Shown here in pieces: positions 13,901 to 25,360 of a stretch of DNA of 64,000 bases. This DNA comes from Azolla caroliniana (taxonomy: Eukaryota; Plantae; Polypodiophyta). Location of the stretch: NCBI GenBank assembly GCA_043228905.1, contig JBHGNT010000011.1, forward strand, positions 13,206,001 to 13,270,000. Direction: 5' to 3'. Every line of letters starts with the position of its first letter. Positions within the stretch are counted from its first letter, which is position 1. The translations under genes and the position numbers were made by a program. A model generated the notes under the pieces. That model did not search any database. It saw nothing but the letters and a program-made list of their open reading frames with translations, and was not told where the DNA came from.

Positions 13901-16681
13901 GAGGAACTAGCGAGTAGTGAAGACTCTATCGTGCTCTCCCCATACAAGGAACCGAGGAGACGGTTCACGCGCAAAGAGAAGGGGAAGAAGAAGATGCTGG
14001 ATTATGAAACCGGTAATGATGAGTCGGATTAGAGCGGATCCGACTCCGGAAAGGAAAATGACGGCTCTTCGGCACCGAAGACCGAACCGGCCAAGAAGGG
14101 CCTCAAACCGGGTAACGGTGGGTTACGTCGGTCAACCCGCCAGAAGGAACCTGTTAAGTGGTACGGGTACAATGAGTACATGGCGCATCACTATGCGTAC
14201 ATGACCCAGGTAGCGAAAGTGCGTGAGCCGGAGAGCTACGCAGAAGTGGCAAGGGATGCAAATTGGCGTGCCGCTTTGAAGAACGAGATGCGGGCACTTG
14301 ATTCCAGCGATACATGGGACCTAGTTGACCCTCCCCGTAATAGTAAACCGATTGAATGCAAGTGGGTGTACAAGGTAAAGTACAACGTTGATGGTTTAGT
14401 TAACCGGTACAAGGCCCGGTTAGTGGCAAAGGGATACGCGCAGACTCACGGAATCGACTACGACGAGACCTTCGCTCCAGTAGCGAAGATGACGACAGTT
14501 CGTGTGGTGCTGGCGGTTGCTGCGGCAAGGGAGTGGCATCTTCACCAGAATGCATTTCTTCAAGGTGATCTAGAAGAAGAGGTCTTTATGACCCAACCTC
14601 TCGGTTTTTAGTTGGAGATGAACAAGTCGGTTGTATGCCGACTGAAGAAGTCACTTTATGGCCTAAAGCAAGCCCCTCGAGCTTGGAATGCAAAGATTAC
14701 ACACCAATTGCGTAAGTTGGGGTTTGCGGCCTCCAAGTTTGACTCTTCGTTGTTCATCCGGCAAGGTCCAGAAAGTTCGGTTTGCATCTTGCTGTATGTT
14801 GATGATCTAGTCATCACCGGACCCGGACTCGATGAAATCAGTCGAGTCAAGATCCAGTTGTCGAACGCATTTGAGATGAAGAACCTGGGGGACCTTCACT
14901 ATTTCCTTGGGATCAAGGTGATCCGAACCCCTGACGGCATATCGCTCTCACAAAGACACTATGTGTTGAATATGTTGTACAAGTTTGGCATGACGAAATG
15001 CCGCCCTATTTCTACACCCTTGGACCTGAAACAGAAGCTCTATCCCAACTCCGAACTGGCCTGCGATGAGAAACAGTTTCGACAAATTGTCAGAAGACTT
15101 ATATATTTGACCATCACCCGACCCGACATCAGCTATACAGTCGGTGTGATTAGTCAATTCATGCAGAAGCTGACCGTCGAGCATCATCAGTGCACACACC
15201 GAATACTGCGGTCTGTGAGCGGCACGAAGGACCGGGGACTGTTATACTGGCGAGGTATGACCGAAGAGCTAGTCGGCTACACGGATGCCGACTGGGCCAA
15301 CGATGCATCAGATCGTCGTTCCACTTCCGGCTATATGTTTTCCCTGAGGCTGAATACCGGGGTGCTACCATTGCCACCTGTGAAGCCATTTGGCTTCGGC
15401 GACTGCTGCAAGACCTGCGGATGAGGTGCCGACCCCGATCCTAATCTACTGCGCCAACATAAGTAGCATGCAGCTCGCCAAGAACCCCGTATTCCATGCT
15501 CGCACAAAGCACATCGAAGTGCACTACCACTTCGTGCGTGAGCGTGTCCTGAGCGATGAAGTCAAACTTCAGTATGTTCATACGGATCAGCAAGTTGCCG
15601 ACATCTTCACCAAACCGCTCGGATCAGACAAGTTGCAGCACTTCACCGAAATGCTTGGTGTTCAGCATCTCGACGTGCCACACTTAGGGGGAGAATGGGC
15701 AAAGACACCACCGGAACGGGCAAAGGCAAAGAGACTGCCGATTGCGTCGATGGGGGAAGAACCGACAAGGGGAGACATAGGAAGAAGAAAGGAGCCGAGT
15801 CGACAAAGGAAGTTGACACATCCGAACAAGTCGGAACAAGCGGCAGCGGAGGCAAAGTCAAGAAGGATAGAGCTAACGGAAGAAGAAGGCCAGGACCCGG
15901 ACATGGTCCGATGTGGTGAAGGGCCTGGAACCAAAAGACGAATCGGGAGCAACTGATTCGAACAAGAGCTGTAACGAATCGGAGACAGTTGATTCGGTTC
16001 TACAGAAGGATTCAGAAGAACCGGATCAATTCAAGGCCAAGAGGACAAGAAAGCACCAACACGAAGGGATCGGCGAATCGGCAAAAGACAAAGTCACCAC
16101 AACGAGGGAGCTGAATTGAGCCTGTTGAGCAGACAAGCAGACCAAGGAAGTCGAGGTGTGCAGGAACAGAAGGATCGAGGCAAACGGGACTGAACCGGAC
16201 GAGGAGCGCAAGCGAGGTAGAGTGACGCCAGAAGGAGCCAGGTGGAAGGACCGGTTGCCATAGAGACTGACACTACAATCCGACCTCAAATTGAGCTTGA
16301 GGGGGAGTGTTGAGTGGCCAGCTCAACCAGATCCGGATCGGCATCCAGAAGGGTGAGCCAATGAGCTGGGGAGCCAGTTAGCTGGATCAAGCAGTAACCG
16401 GAAGCCAAGTAGCAGCTAGTCTACTAGGGAGTTAATATCTCGTAGTTAGTGTCAGACGCTCGTGTGAGCATTGAAGTACACCGTACTTCTGTCAGCCTGG
16501 ATGGACTTGTATAAAAGTGTTCACTGAACACATACGATGTACAGACTGAGTAGTATTTTTGAATTGAGTTTCTGTGTGCTCTCTCTCTGTCTTTGTCTCT
16601 CCCGCGTACTGTTAAGCTCTCCATTAAACTTGTTTTCCACTTTCTGTTTTCTATTGCTTCCGCACGGTATTTGTTTCTACA
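10951..16681 (+). mobile_element. Full-length degenerate Ty1/copia element
   Basis: LTRs 10951-11364 and 16308-16681; TSD AAAAT; PBS TGGTATCAGAG at 11365; PPT GAGGGGGAG; gag, PR (WYVDFGASNHM), IN, RT, RH fragments with stops and frameshifts. Confidence 0.95.
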
Positions 16682-16686
16682 AAAAT

Positions 16687-19322
16687 CAATTGCCACTATG
16701 CATAGAAGAGAGGGTAGACTCCCTGGATGAGGTGTTGCACTTCCATGTGGAGGAAATGGAGGATGTAATGAGGCAAGATGTAGTGTTGGGATGGGTGAGG
16801 ATCAGTAATGGAGGTTGGTTGTGGACTCAAGGGGAGGGGTTATGTCCTTCATGGGAAACTTCACTCGTGTTTTCATGAAATTACATGTTTTCCTTCATAA
16901 ATGTATGTTAGAGAGGAAGAACCTCCGTCAGGTTTTCAAATCCCCAAGTTTCAAGGGGGCCCCAAACATTTTGTAGTTGCAAGAGCACCATCTAAGTGTG
17001 AACGGGATCTTGAATATTGGCAATCCTCTTGTGTGGGATTGGCATACATTTTGGTCCCCAGCTCAAGGGGAGCATGGTAGGAAAGTGGGTGTTTGTACAT
17101 CTATAAGAAAATCTTCAGATGTCGTTGTGGTGGAGATGGTACCAATGCATAATCGGCATAATAAACGTGTATGCACCCAAATCGTCAATGAAGCGGACCC
17201 TTTTTTGGAGGTAATTGGTCGATGGTCTGTCGATTGCATATGTGTGTATCCTTGCAGGGGATTTTACCATAAATTTGTACAAAGAGAACAAGGTGGGGGT
17301 CATGCAAATGGTGGTGCACGGGTCTGACTAGTTGCATGGGATTTGCTGATGGGTCGAATGGGGGTGAAAGATGCCTGACCTGTAATAAAAAAGCCTCGGG
17401 GTTCGCTAAGCTTTTCGAGAGCAGGCTGCAATATGAATGACTTTTGCATGTTTTGTATAGAGAGAATATACATTAGCTTGGAACTGGAAAAATATGGAAC
17501 CAATGTTGAAATCATTGCAGGTTTAGCCTACTCGGATCATATGACGGTTAAGATAACCAGAAACGCAGAGGAGGCCAGCAAGGTACTGCAATTTGAGGAT
17601 CAACAAAAAACTTTTTGAGGAATGTCTCTCCACACAGAGACTAAAAGTAGAATTGTGAGGTCTAAGGAGGAAGAAATGCATATAAGGAGATCAATGGCGG
17701 TTGTCCAAAGACTATTACAGAAAGATCCCAAGTGCCAATGGTCCAGGTCAAGACTTGAGGCTGCCAAAGAAATGTTGCAGCACTTGATTGCATCCAGAAA
17801 TATGATCTTATTCAGGAGTTCGGTGGTGTGGTGGATCAAAAATGGGGATAAGGTGAATAAACAATTTTTTGTGCATAAAAAGCATAGAAAAAACTATAGG
17901 TACAATCTGAAGCTGGTTAAGGAAGATGGCTCTACATTGGAGGATGTTTCGGAGATCTTGGAGGCTATCACATCACATTATCATGAGTTTCTTTCAGATA
18001 GCTACAGTATCCCCAAACAGCCTGCTTTGATAGAATACGTGCTGGAGGGAACGCAACATAAAATTTTAGATGTGGCACAAGCTAATCTTTCGAGGCCTCT
18101 CTTAGAAGAGGAGGTGGTTGATGCTTTGGCGGATATTTGCAGAACGTCCTGTAGAGGCTCCGATGGATTATCAAGAGATTTTTTCGAAAAATTCTAGGAA
18201 GTGATCAAGGCTTTTTTAGTTGATGAGCTAAAAGAAGCATGGGATGTTGGGTGCTTACCTACGCAATTTCAAGAGGGGATGAAATTTCTAATTCCTAAGG
18301 TACAAGATGTAATAACTGATGCAGGGCAATTGAGACCGATCACGCTGCTCAACACAATATATAAGATATTTGCAAATATATTGGCCAAGAGGGTAAAACC
18401 CTACCTGCATGACCTAATCCATGTTGGACAAACAGGGTTCATGGAAAACATATGCATAATTGAAATGTGTTGATATTTTGGGAGGAGATTGTCTTAGCAA
18501 AGAGAACAAATCAACACATTGCCTGTCTCATGCTAGACTTTGAGAAGGCGTATGATAGAGTTCAATGGCCTTTCGAACAAGACATGGAGGGGTTGGGATT
18601 ACCCTTAAAATGGAGATCGGTTGTGTTGGCCCTTTACAAAGGAAGCTTGTGTAGCGTGTTGGTGACAGGGCATCAAGGTCCATCGATTCTATTACACAGG
18701 TATGTTAGGTAGGGGTACTTGTTGGCCCCCTACCTTTATTTATTTATTATAGAGACATTTTCTTTCTTTTTTAATAGACCGGATGGGGGAATAAGGGGTT
18801 TAGTTGTTCCCACATGCAAGCAAGGATTTGCTGGAATCTGAGTACGTGGATGGCGCGACGCTTTACTTGCAAGGCAATGACGCTAACTTATAGAAGCCTA
18901 AAGGACGGATTGAGCTATTTTGCAAAACGTTAGGGGGGGAAATTAACTAGAACAAAAGTAGAGGATTCTGGATAAGTTCAAACCCGCAACCGCTTTGGTG
19001 TCCTAACATTGATTTTCCATGGGTCCCCAATGGAATGGCTGTTAAGTATTTGGGCTTTTTGGTGGGAGTTGAAACACTTAAAAATCAGCAAGTTGAGCAA
19101 GTGAAAGACAAAATTGAAAAAACAAAATCGGTTGTGGGCATCAATAAAGTTTTCCCTTGCCGGTAGGGTGGTTTTGGTGAACCATATTTTGTTAGCCACC
19201 ATGTGGCACTCACTGGCATGTTGGATGTTAGACAAAGCCTACATCAAAAGTGTTGAGAGGGTTCCTTTGGTCTGGTCGAGACAATGAGATGGTGTCACCT
19301 AAAGTGGCATGGGGTTGTACAA
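16687..19322 (+). mobile_element. Degenerate L1-type LINE ORF2 (endonuclease/RT region)
   Basis: LRPITLLNTIYKIFANILAKR, QTGF, LDFEKAYDRVQW, FLWSG...KVAW motifs split by stops. Confidence 0.85.
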
Positions 19323-19639
19323 TATTGGGAGCCATTGGCAAAAACAACCACCTAGGCGCTTGATAATTCCACTTAGGCCTCGTCAAAGATTTGACCATCA
19401 TGGGAGAACCACCCCATTTTAGCAAGAACTTTAACCTTCCCTTTCTGCCTCATCTGATAGAGACAATGATATGGTGTCACCTAAAGTGGCATGGGGTTGT
19501 ACAATATTGGGAGCCATTGGCGGAAACAACCACCTAGGCGCCTGATAATTCCACTTAGGCCTCGTCAAAGATTTGAACATCATGAGAGAACCACCCCATT
19601 TTAGCAAGAACTTTAACCTTCCCTTTCTGCCTCATCTGA
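19278..19639. repeat. ~180-bp tandem duplication spanning a LINE orientation switch
   Basis: GAGACAATGA...CCTTTCTGCCTCATCTGA at ~19278-19458 and ~19460-19639. Confidence 0.9.
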
Positions 19640-19655
19640 ATCCCCTTGATTCGAG

Positions 19656-22600
19656 TGTTGGGATTACGGTCCCTTCTGATGGGATGGTCGGATGTCGGAG
19701 ATGAATGCCGACAAGCCCGGTTTCGGTTTCGGAACCGGATGATGAAGACCCCGACTTCTGAGTCGGATGACGAATGTACCCGAAGAAGAGATCCGGATGC
19801 AGGGACATATCCGTGAATATGTCTGCTAAGGGCCCCTCTGAGGCTATAGTTGTAAATAGCCCTAAAGTCATATATGTATAAATATGACTTAGGGCAAACA
19901 GTTTTAGTGTTGCCACTCATTTTTCTGTTTTTCCACTCTAGAGGAGTGAAGAGAGAGAGCAGCCGTGAGAGAGAGAGAGAGATAGATCGCGAGAGAGAGA
20001 GAGAGAGAGAGGAAGAGGTCGACGCCTCTGTGTATTTCCGCCGCCTGTGGCGAGGACAGCGAGCTCAAGGTCGTCGCCTTGTAGCTCGCCACTGTATACT
20101 TCTCTTGTATAGTGTTGGTTTGGAGTCTTGCACTCCCGTGGTTTTTCCCATCTAGGGTTTTCCACGTTAATCCTTGTGTTCGCGTTCTTCTTTTTTTGTG
20201 TTTCTTCGTTTGGTTCCTATTTTCTGCTGCATTGATCCGCGATTACTCGGTTGTGGCCGAGTGGTGAAGGTGAATCTAAGCGTCGATTCCCAACAAACTG
20301 GTATCAGAGCGAACTGCTGCAGAAAATGGAAGGCGGCGGCAGCGGGCAGCCGGGGATGATGGTGCTGAATGCACAGAATTACGCCGACTGGAAGATCAAG
20401 ATGGAGGATCTTCTGATTGTTCGGGACCTGTACGAACCGATTGACAGGTCGGAAATACCGAAGGGGGTACTTGAGTCGGAGTGGAAGCTCCTGAACCGGA
20501 AAGCCGTAGCGACGATCCGACAATATGTCGATGTAAGCGTCCTACAACATGTGGCGAACGACACCAACGCATATGAGATGTGGAAGAAGCTGTCGGGCCT
20601 CTACGAGAGGAAGAATGCGTTGAACCGGACCTCCCTGATGAGGAAGATAGTGAACCTCAAGTATCGAGACGGCGAGAGTATGGTGGAACACGTAAGCACG
20701 TTCATGGGATTCGTGAATCAGCTTGCGGCGATCAAGTTCCCGTTGGAGGATGCAATGCAAGCCATCATCCTGATGTGTACATTGCCGGAAAGCTGGGAGA
20801 ACTTGGTGGTGACTCTCAGCACCTCCTGCACAGAAGATAACTTGTCCTTGCAAACGGTAAAGACGAGTATTTTGAATGAAGAAGCGCGTCGGAGAGATAA
20901 AGAACCGGCCTCCGACCCGAAGGCGCTGCTTACCGAATCGGATCGGGGAAGACAATGGAACCGGAGTCCGCAAAGACGGGAGAAGTCGGGGACCCGGTCG
21001 CAGTCAAGAGGAAGGCCCACATGCTTCCACTGTGGGAAACCGGGGCACTTCCGAAAGAATTGTCGGCATTACCGAAAAGACAACGGAGCCGACGACACCG
21101 ATTCGAAGAAGTCACCGGAGAGAAACGGTGCATACCGGGGAGCCACGGACTGGAGAGGTTCAGATCGGCGAGGACAGGACAGGAAAGGAACGACGGCACT
21201 CGCGGCAAGTGAGGAAGAAATCATGGTCATCACCGAAGAAGGTGAACTAAACATTGCCGGCGATGAGACGACCTGGGTGGTCGATTCCGGAGCATCGTTC
21301 CATCTGACCCCGGAGAGAAGATACTTCTCATCCTACACAGCCGGTGAGCATGGCTGTGTTCGGATGGGAAATGAAGGTACGTGCCGGATTGCCGGCATAG
21401 GAGACGTGTGGTTGACAACCCCGACCGGATGCAAGATGCTGCTGAAGGATGTCCGACACGTTCCGGAGGTTCGATTGAACCTGATTTCGGCCGGGAGGCT
21501 GGACGATGAAGGCTACACAGGTAGCATCCGGAACGGCGTGATGAAGTTCAGCAAGGGGAGCCTGATAGTGGCTCGGGCCCGGAAAGACAACACACTGTAC
21601 CTGATGAATGCCCGGTTATGTCCGGAAGAGCTGAATGTGGCAGCCGACACTGCCGGTGAGTTGTGGCACAAGAGACTGTGCCACATGAGTGAGAAGGGGA
21701 TGAAGAGGCTTGCAGAAGAAAACCTCATTCCAGTGAAGCATGTGCATCTGGAGAAGTGCACCGATTGCCTGGCCGGTAAGCAGAACCGAACCTCCTTCCA
21801 CTCAAGGCCACCGACGAGACGTAGAGCACCATTGGAGTTGGTGCACACCGATGTGTGTCAGGTAGAAACGAAGTCACATGGCGGAGCCCAGTACTTCGTA
21901 ACATTCATAGACGATCATAGCCGAAGACTGTGGACGGCACCGATGAAGACAAAGGACCACGTGTTGTCCGTCTTCAAAGATCTCCACGCGAGAGTGGAAA
22001 GAGAATCCGGCAAGAAGCTGAAAGCGATACGAGCGGATAACGGAGGGGAATACCGGGGACAGTTCCAGGAGTACTGTCGCTCGAAGGGAATCCGGCTCGA
22101 GTTTACTGTGCCGAAGACGCCGGAACTGAACGGGCTGGCCGAGAGGATGAACCGGACCATAATGGAGAGGGTCCGGAGTATGCTGGCGCATGCGAAATTA
22201 CCCAAGGGGTTTTGGGCTGAGGCAATGTCGACGGCGACATATGTGATAAACCGATCACCCTCAGTGCCTTTGGACGGAGACACGCCGCAGAGAGTGTGGA
22301 CCGGTAGGGAAGTATCCTACCGGCATCTGAAGGTGTTCGGGTGTCTCGCATACGTGCATGTGGCAAAGGACCGGAGAGGAAAGCTAGATCCAAAGACCCG
22401 GCCATGCATATTCCTCGGTTACGGCGACGACGAGTTCGGCTACCGAGTATGGGACCCGGTCGACAAGAAGATATTCAGGAGTCGAGACATCATCTTCATG
22501 GAGGACAAGACACTCGCCGACTGGGAGTCGGAGAAGAAGATGAAGAGCTCCAAGTCGACCGGTGAGGATCAACTCTACGACGAGCAGTCCCGACCGGCAA

Positions 22601-25049
22601 GGGACCGGTTAACACTCGAGGATCCGGCCGAAGACTATGAAGAAGCAGAACCGGCCGAAGAAGATGAAAATGATACCGGAACCGGCCCCGATCCCGAAAT
22701 GGATTCGGATGAAGAAGAATCGGAAGAACCGGTTACCGAAGCTCCGGAACGGAGATATCCTCTAAGAGAGAGAAGGGCCCCCCGGAGATTTCCGGAACCA
22801 GAGCACGTGCTGTTAACCGACGAGGGGGAGCCGGAGAGCTTTGAAGAAGCAAAGTATGACACCCAGAGCCGCAGGTGGTTGAGTGCCATGCAGGACGAGA
22901 TGGATTCCCTGCATGAGAACCACACATATGAACTTGTGGAGTTGCCGAAAGGAAAGCGGGCACTTCGAAATAAGTGGGTGTTCAAGCTGAAACCGGGAGA
23001 TGCCGGAAACCCCCCGAGATACAAAGCCAGGATCGTGGTGAAGGGGTTTCAGCAGAAGAAGGGCGTCGACTTCGACGAGATATTTGCCCCGGTAGTGAAG
23101 ATGACCTCCATCCGGACGGTGCTGAGCATAGCGGCAAGCATGGACCTCGAGGTAGAACAGATGGACGTGAAGACGGCATTCCTTCACGGTGACCTCGATG
23201 AAGAGATCTATATGCAACAACCTGAAGGATTCGAGAAGAAAGGAAAGGAGCACCTGGTATGCCGGTTGAAGAAGAGCCTTTACGGACTGAAGCAGGCTCC
23301 CCGGCAATGGTACCGGAAGTTCGACTCCTTCATGACCGACGAAGGGTACCTCAAAACGCAGTCCGACCACTGCGTGTTTGTGAAGAAGTTCGAAGCAGGA
23401 GACTTTCTAATACTCCTCCTGTACGTGGACGACATGTTGATCGTCGGACGGGACCAGGTCAAGATACGGATGCTGAAGAAGGCTCTTCACCAAACCTTCT
23501 CAATGAAGGACCTGGGTTCGGCGAGACAAATACTAGGGATGCACATCATCCGGGACCGGAAGAAGAAGCTGTTGTGGCTGTCACAGGAGAAGTACGTGAC
23601 GAAGGTGCTTCACCGGTTCAACATGTCGGAAGCAAGACCGGTCGGATCGACCCTCCCGGCAAACTGCAAGCTGTCCAGCAAGCAAAGTCCCAAGACAAAG
23701 GCTGAAAAGGAGGATATGATGAAAGTGCCGTATGCCTCAGCCGTCGGGAGCTTGATGTACGCCATGGTGTGTACGAGACCGGACATAGGATATGCAGTCG
23801 GAGTGGTGAGCCGGTACATGAGCAATCCCGGCAAAGAGCATTGGAACGCGGCCAAGTGGATACTCCGATACCTGAAGGGCACGGCAAACGTGTGCCTCCG
23901 ATTCGGCTCCGGTAAGCCCGAACTCGACGGCTTCACCGATTCGGACATGTCGGCTGATGCAGATACCAGCCGGTCCACATCAGGGTATGTGATGACGTAT
24001 GCAGGGGGAGCTGTTTCATGGCAGTCGAGGCTGCAGAAGACGGTTGCGTTGTCAACCACGGAGGCGGAGTACATGGCAGCTGTTGAAGCCGGCAAGGAAG
24101 TGATATGGATGAAGGACTTCATTAGAGAGCTCGGTATCCGGCAGGAGGAGTACCGACTCTACTGCGACAGTCAGAGTGCAATCCACCTTGCGAAGAACGC
24201 GGCCTATCACTCCCGGACGAAGCACATCCAGCGAAGATATCACTGGATCCGGGAAAGGATAGAAGACAAGGAGTTCGTGCTGACAAAGATCCACACGGAC
24301 GAGAACGGGTCGGATATGCTGACCAAGGTGCTCACACCCGACAAGCTGGAAGCATGCCGGAAGAGGATCGGATTGGAAAGACATCCCATGCCGAAGTGAA
24401 GGGGGAGTTTGTTGGGATTACGGTCCCTTCTGATGGGATGGTCGGATGTCGGAGATGAATGCCGACAAGCCCGGTTTCGGTTTCGGAACCGGATGATGAA
24501 GACCCCGACTTCTGAGTCGGATGACGAATGTACCCGAAGAAGAGATCCGGATGCAGGGACATATCCGTGAATATGTCTGCTAAGGGCCCCTCTGAGGCTA
24601 TAGTTGTAAATAGCCCTAAAGTCATATATGTATAAATATGACTTAGGGCAAACAGTTTTAGTGTTGCCACTCATTTTTCTGTTTTTCCACTCTAGAGGAG
24701 TGAAGAGAGAGAGCAGCCGTGAGAGAGAGAGAGAGATAGATCGCGAGAGAGAGAGAGAGAGAGAGGAAGAGGTCGACGCCTCTGTGTATTTCCGCCGCCT
24801 GTGGCGAGGACAGCGAGCTCAAGGTCGTCGCCTTGCAGCTCGCCACTGTATACTTCTCTTGTATAGTGTTGGTTTGGAGTCTTGCACTCCCGTGGTTTTT
24901 CCCATCTAGGGTTTTCCACGTTAATCCTTGTGTTCGCGTTCTTCTTTTTTTGTGTTTCTTCGTTTGGTTCCTATTTTCTGCTGCATTGATCCGCGATTAC
25001 TCGGTTGTGGCCGAGTGGTGAAGGTGAATCTAAGCGTCGATTCCCAACA
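19656..25049 (+). mobile_element. Intact young Tnt1/Tork-like Ty1/copia retrotransposon
   Basis: 640-bp LTRs 19656-20295 and 24410-25049 (one substitution seen); TSD TCGAG; PBS TGGTATCAGAGC 20299-20310; PPT GAAGGGGGAG 24398-24407. Confidence 0.98.
20326..24399 (+). CDS. gag-pol: Copia Gag-PR-IN-RT-RNase H polyprotein (1357 aa)
   Basis: Uninterrupted ORF from the first ATG after the PBS; CFHCGKPGHFRKNC, WVVDSGASFH, HKRLCH..CTDC, DNGGEY, GKLD, YVDD, RNase H motifs. Confidence 0.97.
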   Translation: MEGGGSGQPGMMVLNAQNYADWKIKMEDLLIVRDLYEPIDRSEIPKGVLESEWKLLNRKAVATIRQYVDVSVLQHVANDTNAYEMWKKLSGLYERKNALNRTSLMRKIVNLKYRDGESMVEHVSTFMGFVNQLAAIKFPLEDAMQAIILMCTLPESWENLVVTLSTSCTEDNLSLQTVKTSILNEEARRRDKEPASDPKALLTESDRGRQWNRSPQRREKSGTRSQSRGRPTCFHCGKPGHFRKNCRHYRKDNGADDTDSKKSPERNGAYRGATDWRGSDRRGQDRKGTTALAASEEEIMVITEEGELNIAGDETTWVVDSGASFHLTPERRYFSSYTAGEHGCVRMGNEGTCRIAGIGDVWLTTPTGCKMLLKDVRHVPEVRLNLISAGRLDDEGYTGSIRNGVMKFSKGSLIVARARKDNTLYLMNARLCPEELNVAADTAGELWHKRLCHMSEKGMKRLAEENLIPVKHVHLEKCTDCLAGKQNRTSFHSRPPTRRRAPLELVHTDVCQVETKSHGGAQYFVTFIDDHSRRLWTAPMKTKDHVLSVFKDLHARVERESGKKLKAIRADNGGEYRGQFQEYCRSKGIRLEFTVPKTPELNGLAERMNRTIMERVRSMLAHAKLPKGFWAEAMSTATYVINRSPSVPLDGDTPQRVWTGREVSYRHLKVFGCLAYVHVAKDRRGKLDPKTRPCIFLGYGDDEFGYRVWDPVDKKIFRSRDIIFMEDKTLADWESEKKMKSSKSTGEDQLYDEQSRPARDRLTLEDPAEDYEEAEPAEEDENDTGTGPDPEMDSDEEESEEPVTEAPERRYPLRERRAPRRFPEPEHVLLTDEGEPESFEEAKYDTQSRRWLSAMQDEMDSLHENHTYELVELPKGKRALRNKWVFKLKPGDAGNPPRYKARIVVKGFQQKKGVDFDEIFAPVVKMTSIRTVLSIAASMDLEVEQMDVKTAFLHGDLDEEIYMQQPEGFEKKGKEHLVCRLKKSLYGLKQAPRQWYRKFDSFMTDEGYLKTQSDHCVFVKKFEAGDFLILLLYVDDMLIVGRDQVKIRMLKKALHQTFSMKDLGSARQILGMHIIRDRKKKLLWLSQEKYVTKVLHRFNMSEARPVGSTLPANCKLSSKQSPKTKAEKEDMMKVPYASAVGSLMYAMVCTRPDIGYAVGVVSRYMSNPGKEHWNAAKWILRYLKGTANVCLRFGSGKPELDGFTDSDMSADADTSRSTSGYVMTYAGGAVSWQSRLQKTVALSTTEAEYMAAVEAGKEVIWMKDFIRELGIRQEEYRLYCDSQSAIHLAKNAAYHSRTKHIQRRYHWIRERIEDKEFVLTKIHTDENGSDMLTKVLTPDKLEACRKRIGLERHPMPK

Positions 25050-25054
25050 TCGAG

Positions 25055-25360
25055 TCATATCATCCGCGCAACCAAGGCACAAGCTCAAACTAGATATTTA
25101 ACATCACCTCTCCACATGAGAGATTCTGCTGTTGAAAAACAAACTTAGAGCGCCTAATCCAAATGTGCCAAATTGATAAGCACACCACCATAACCCAAAT
25201 CACCTCAAAAAATTCAGAATTTGTGCCAGATCTCACCCCATCACATTGGAACACGTTGTGCCACCCTGCACTATAAATCCATGTCCCTATGGGTTTAATT
25301 GTTCTGCCCATCTTTCCCCTTTTAGGGATAGTCCTTGTATGGAGCCCCACATAACGTTCC
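25055..25360 (-). mobile_element. L1 ORF2 C-terminal fragment, continuing at 19650-19500 across the copia insertion
   Basis: IWHIWIRRSKFVFQ matches the IWxIWxxRNxxxF motif of plant L1 ORF2 C-termini. Confidence 0.65.

Noticed and set aside
15690-16300. env-like extra ORF in the copia 3' region
   Set aside because: No transmembrane segment or signal peptide; short low-complexity charged ORFs only
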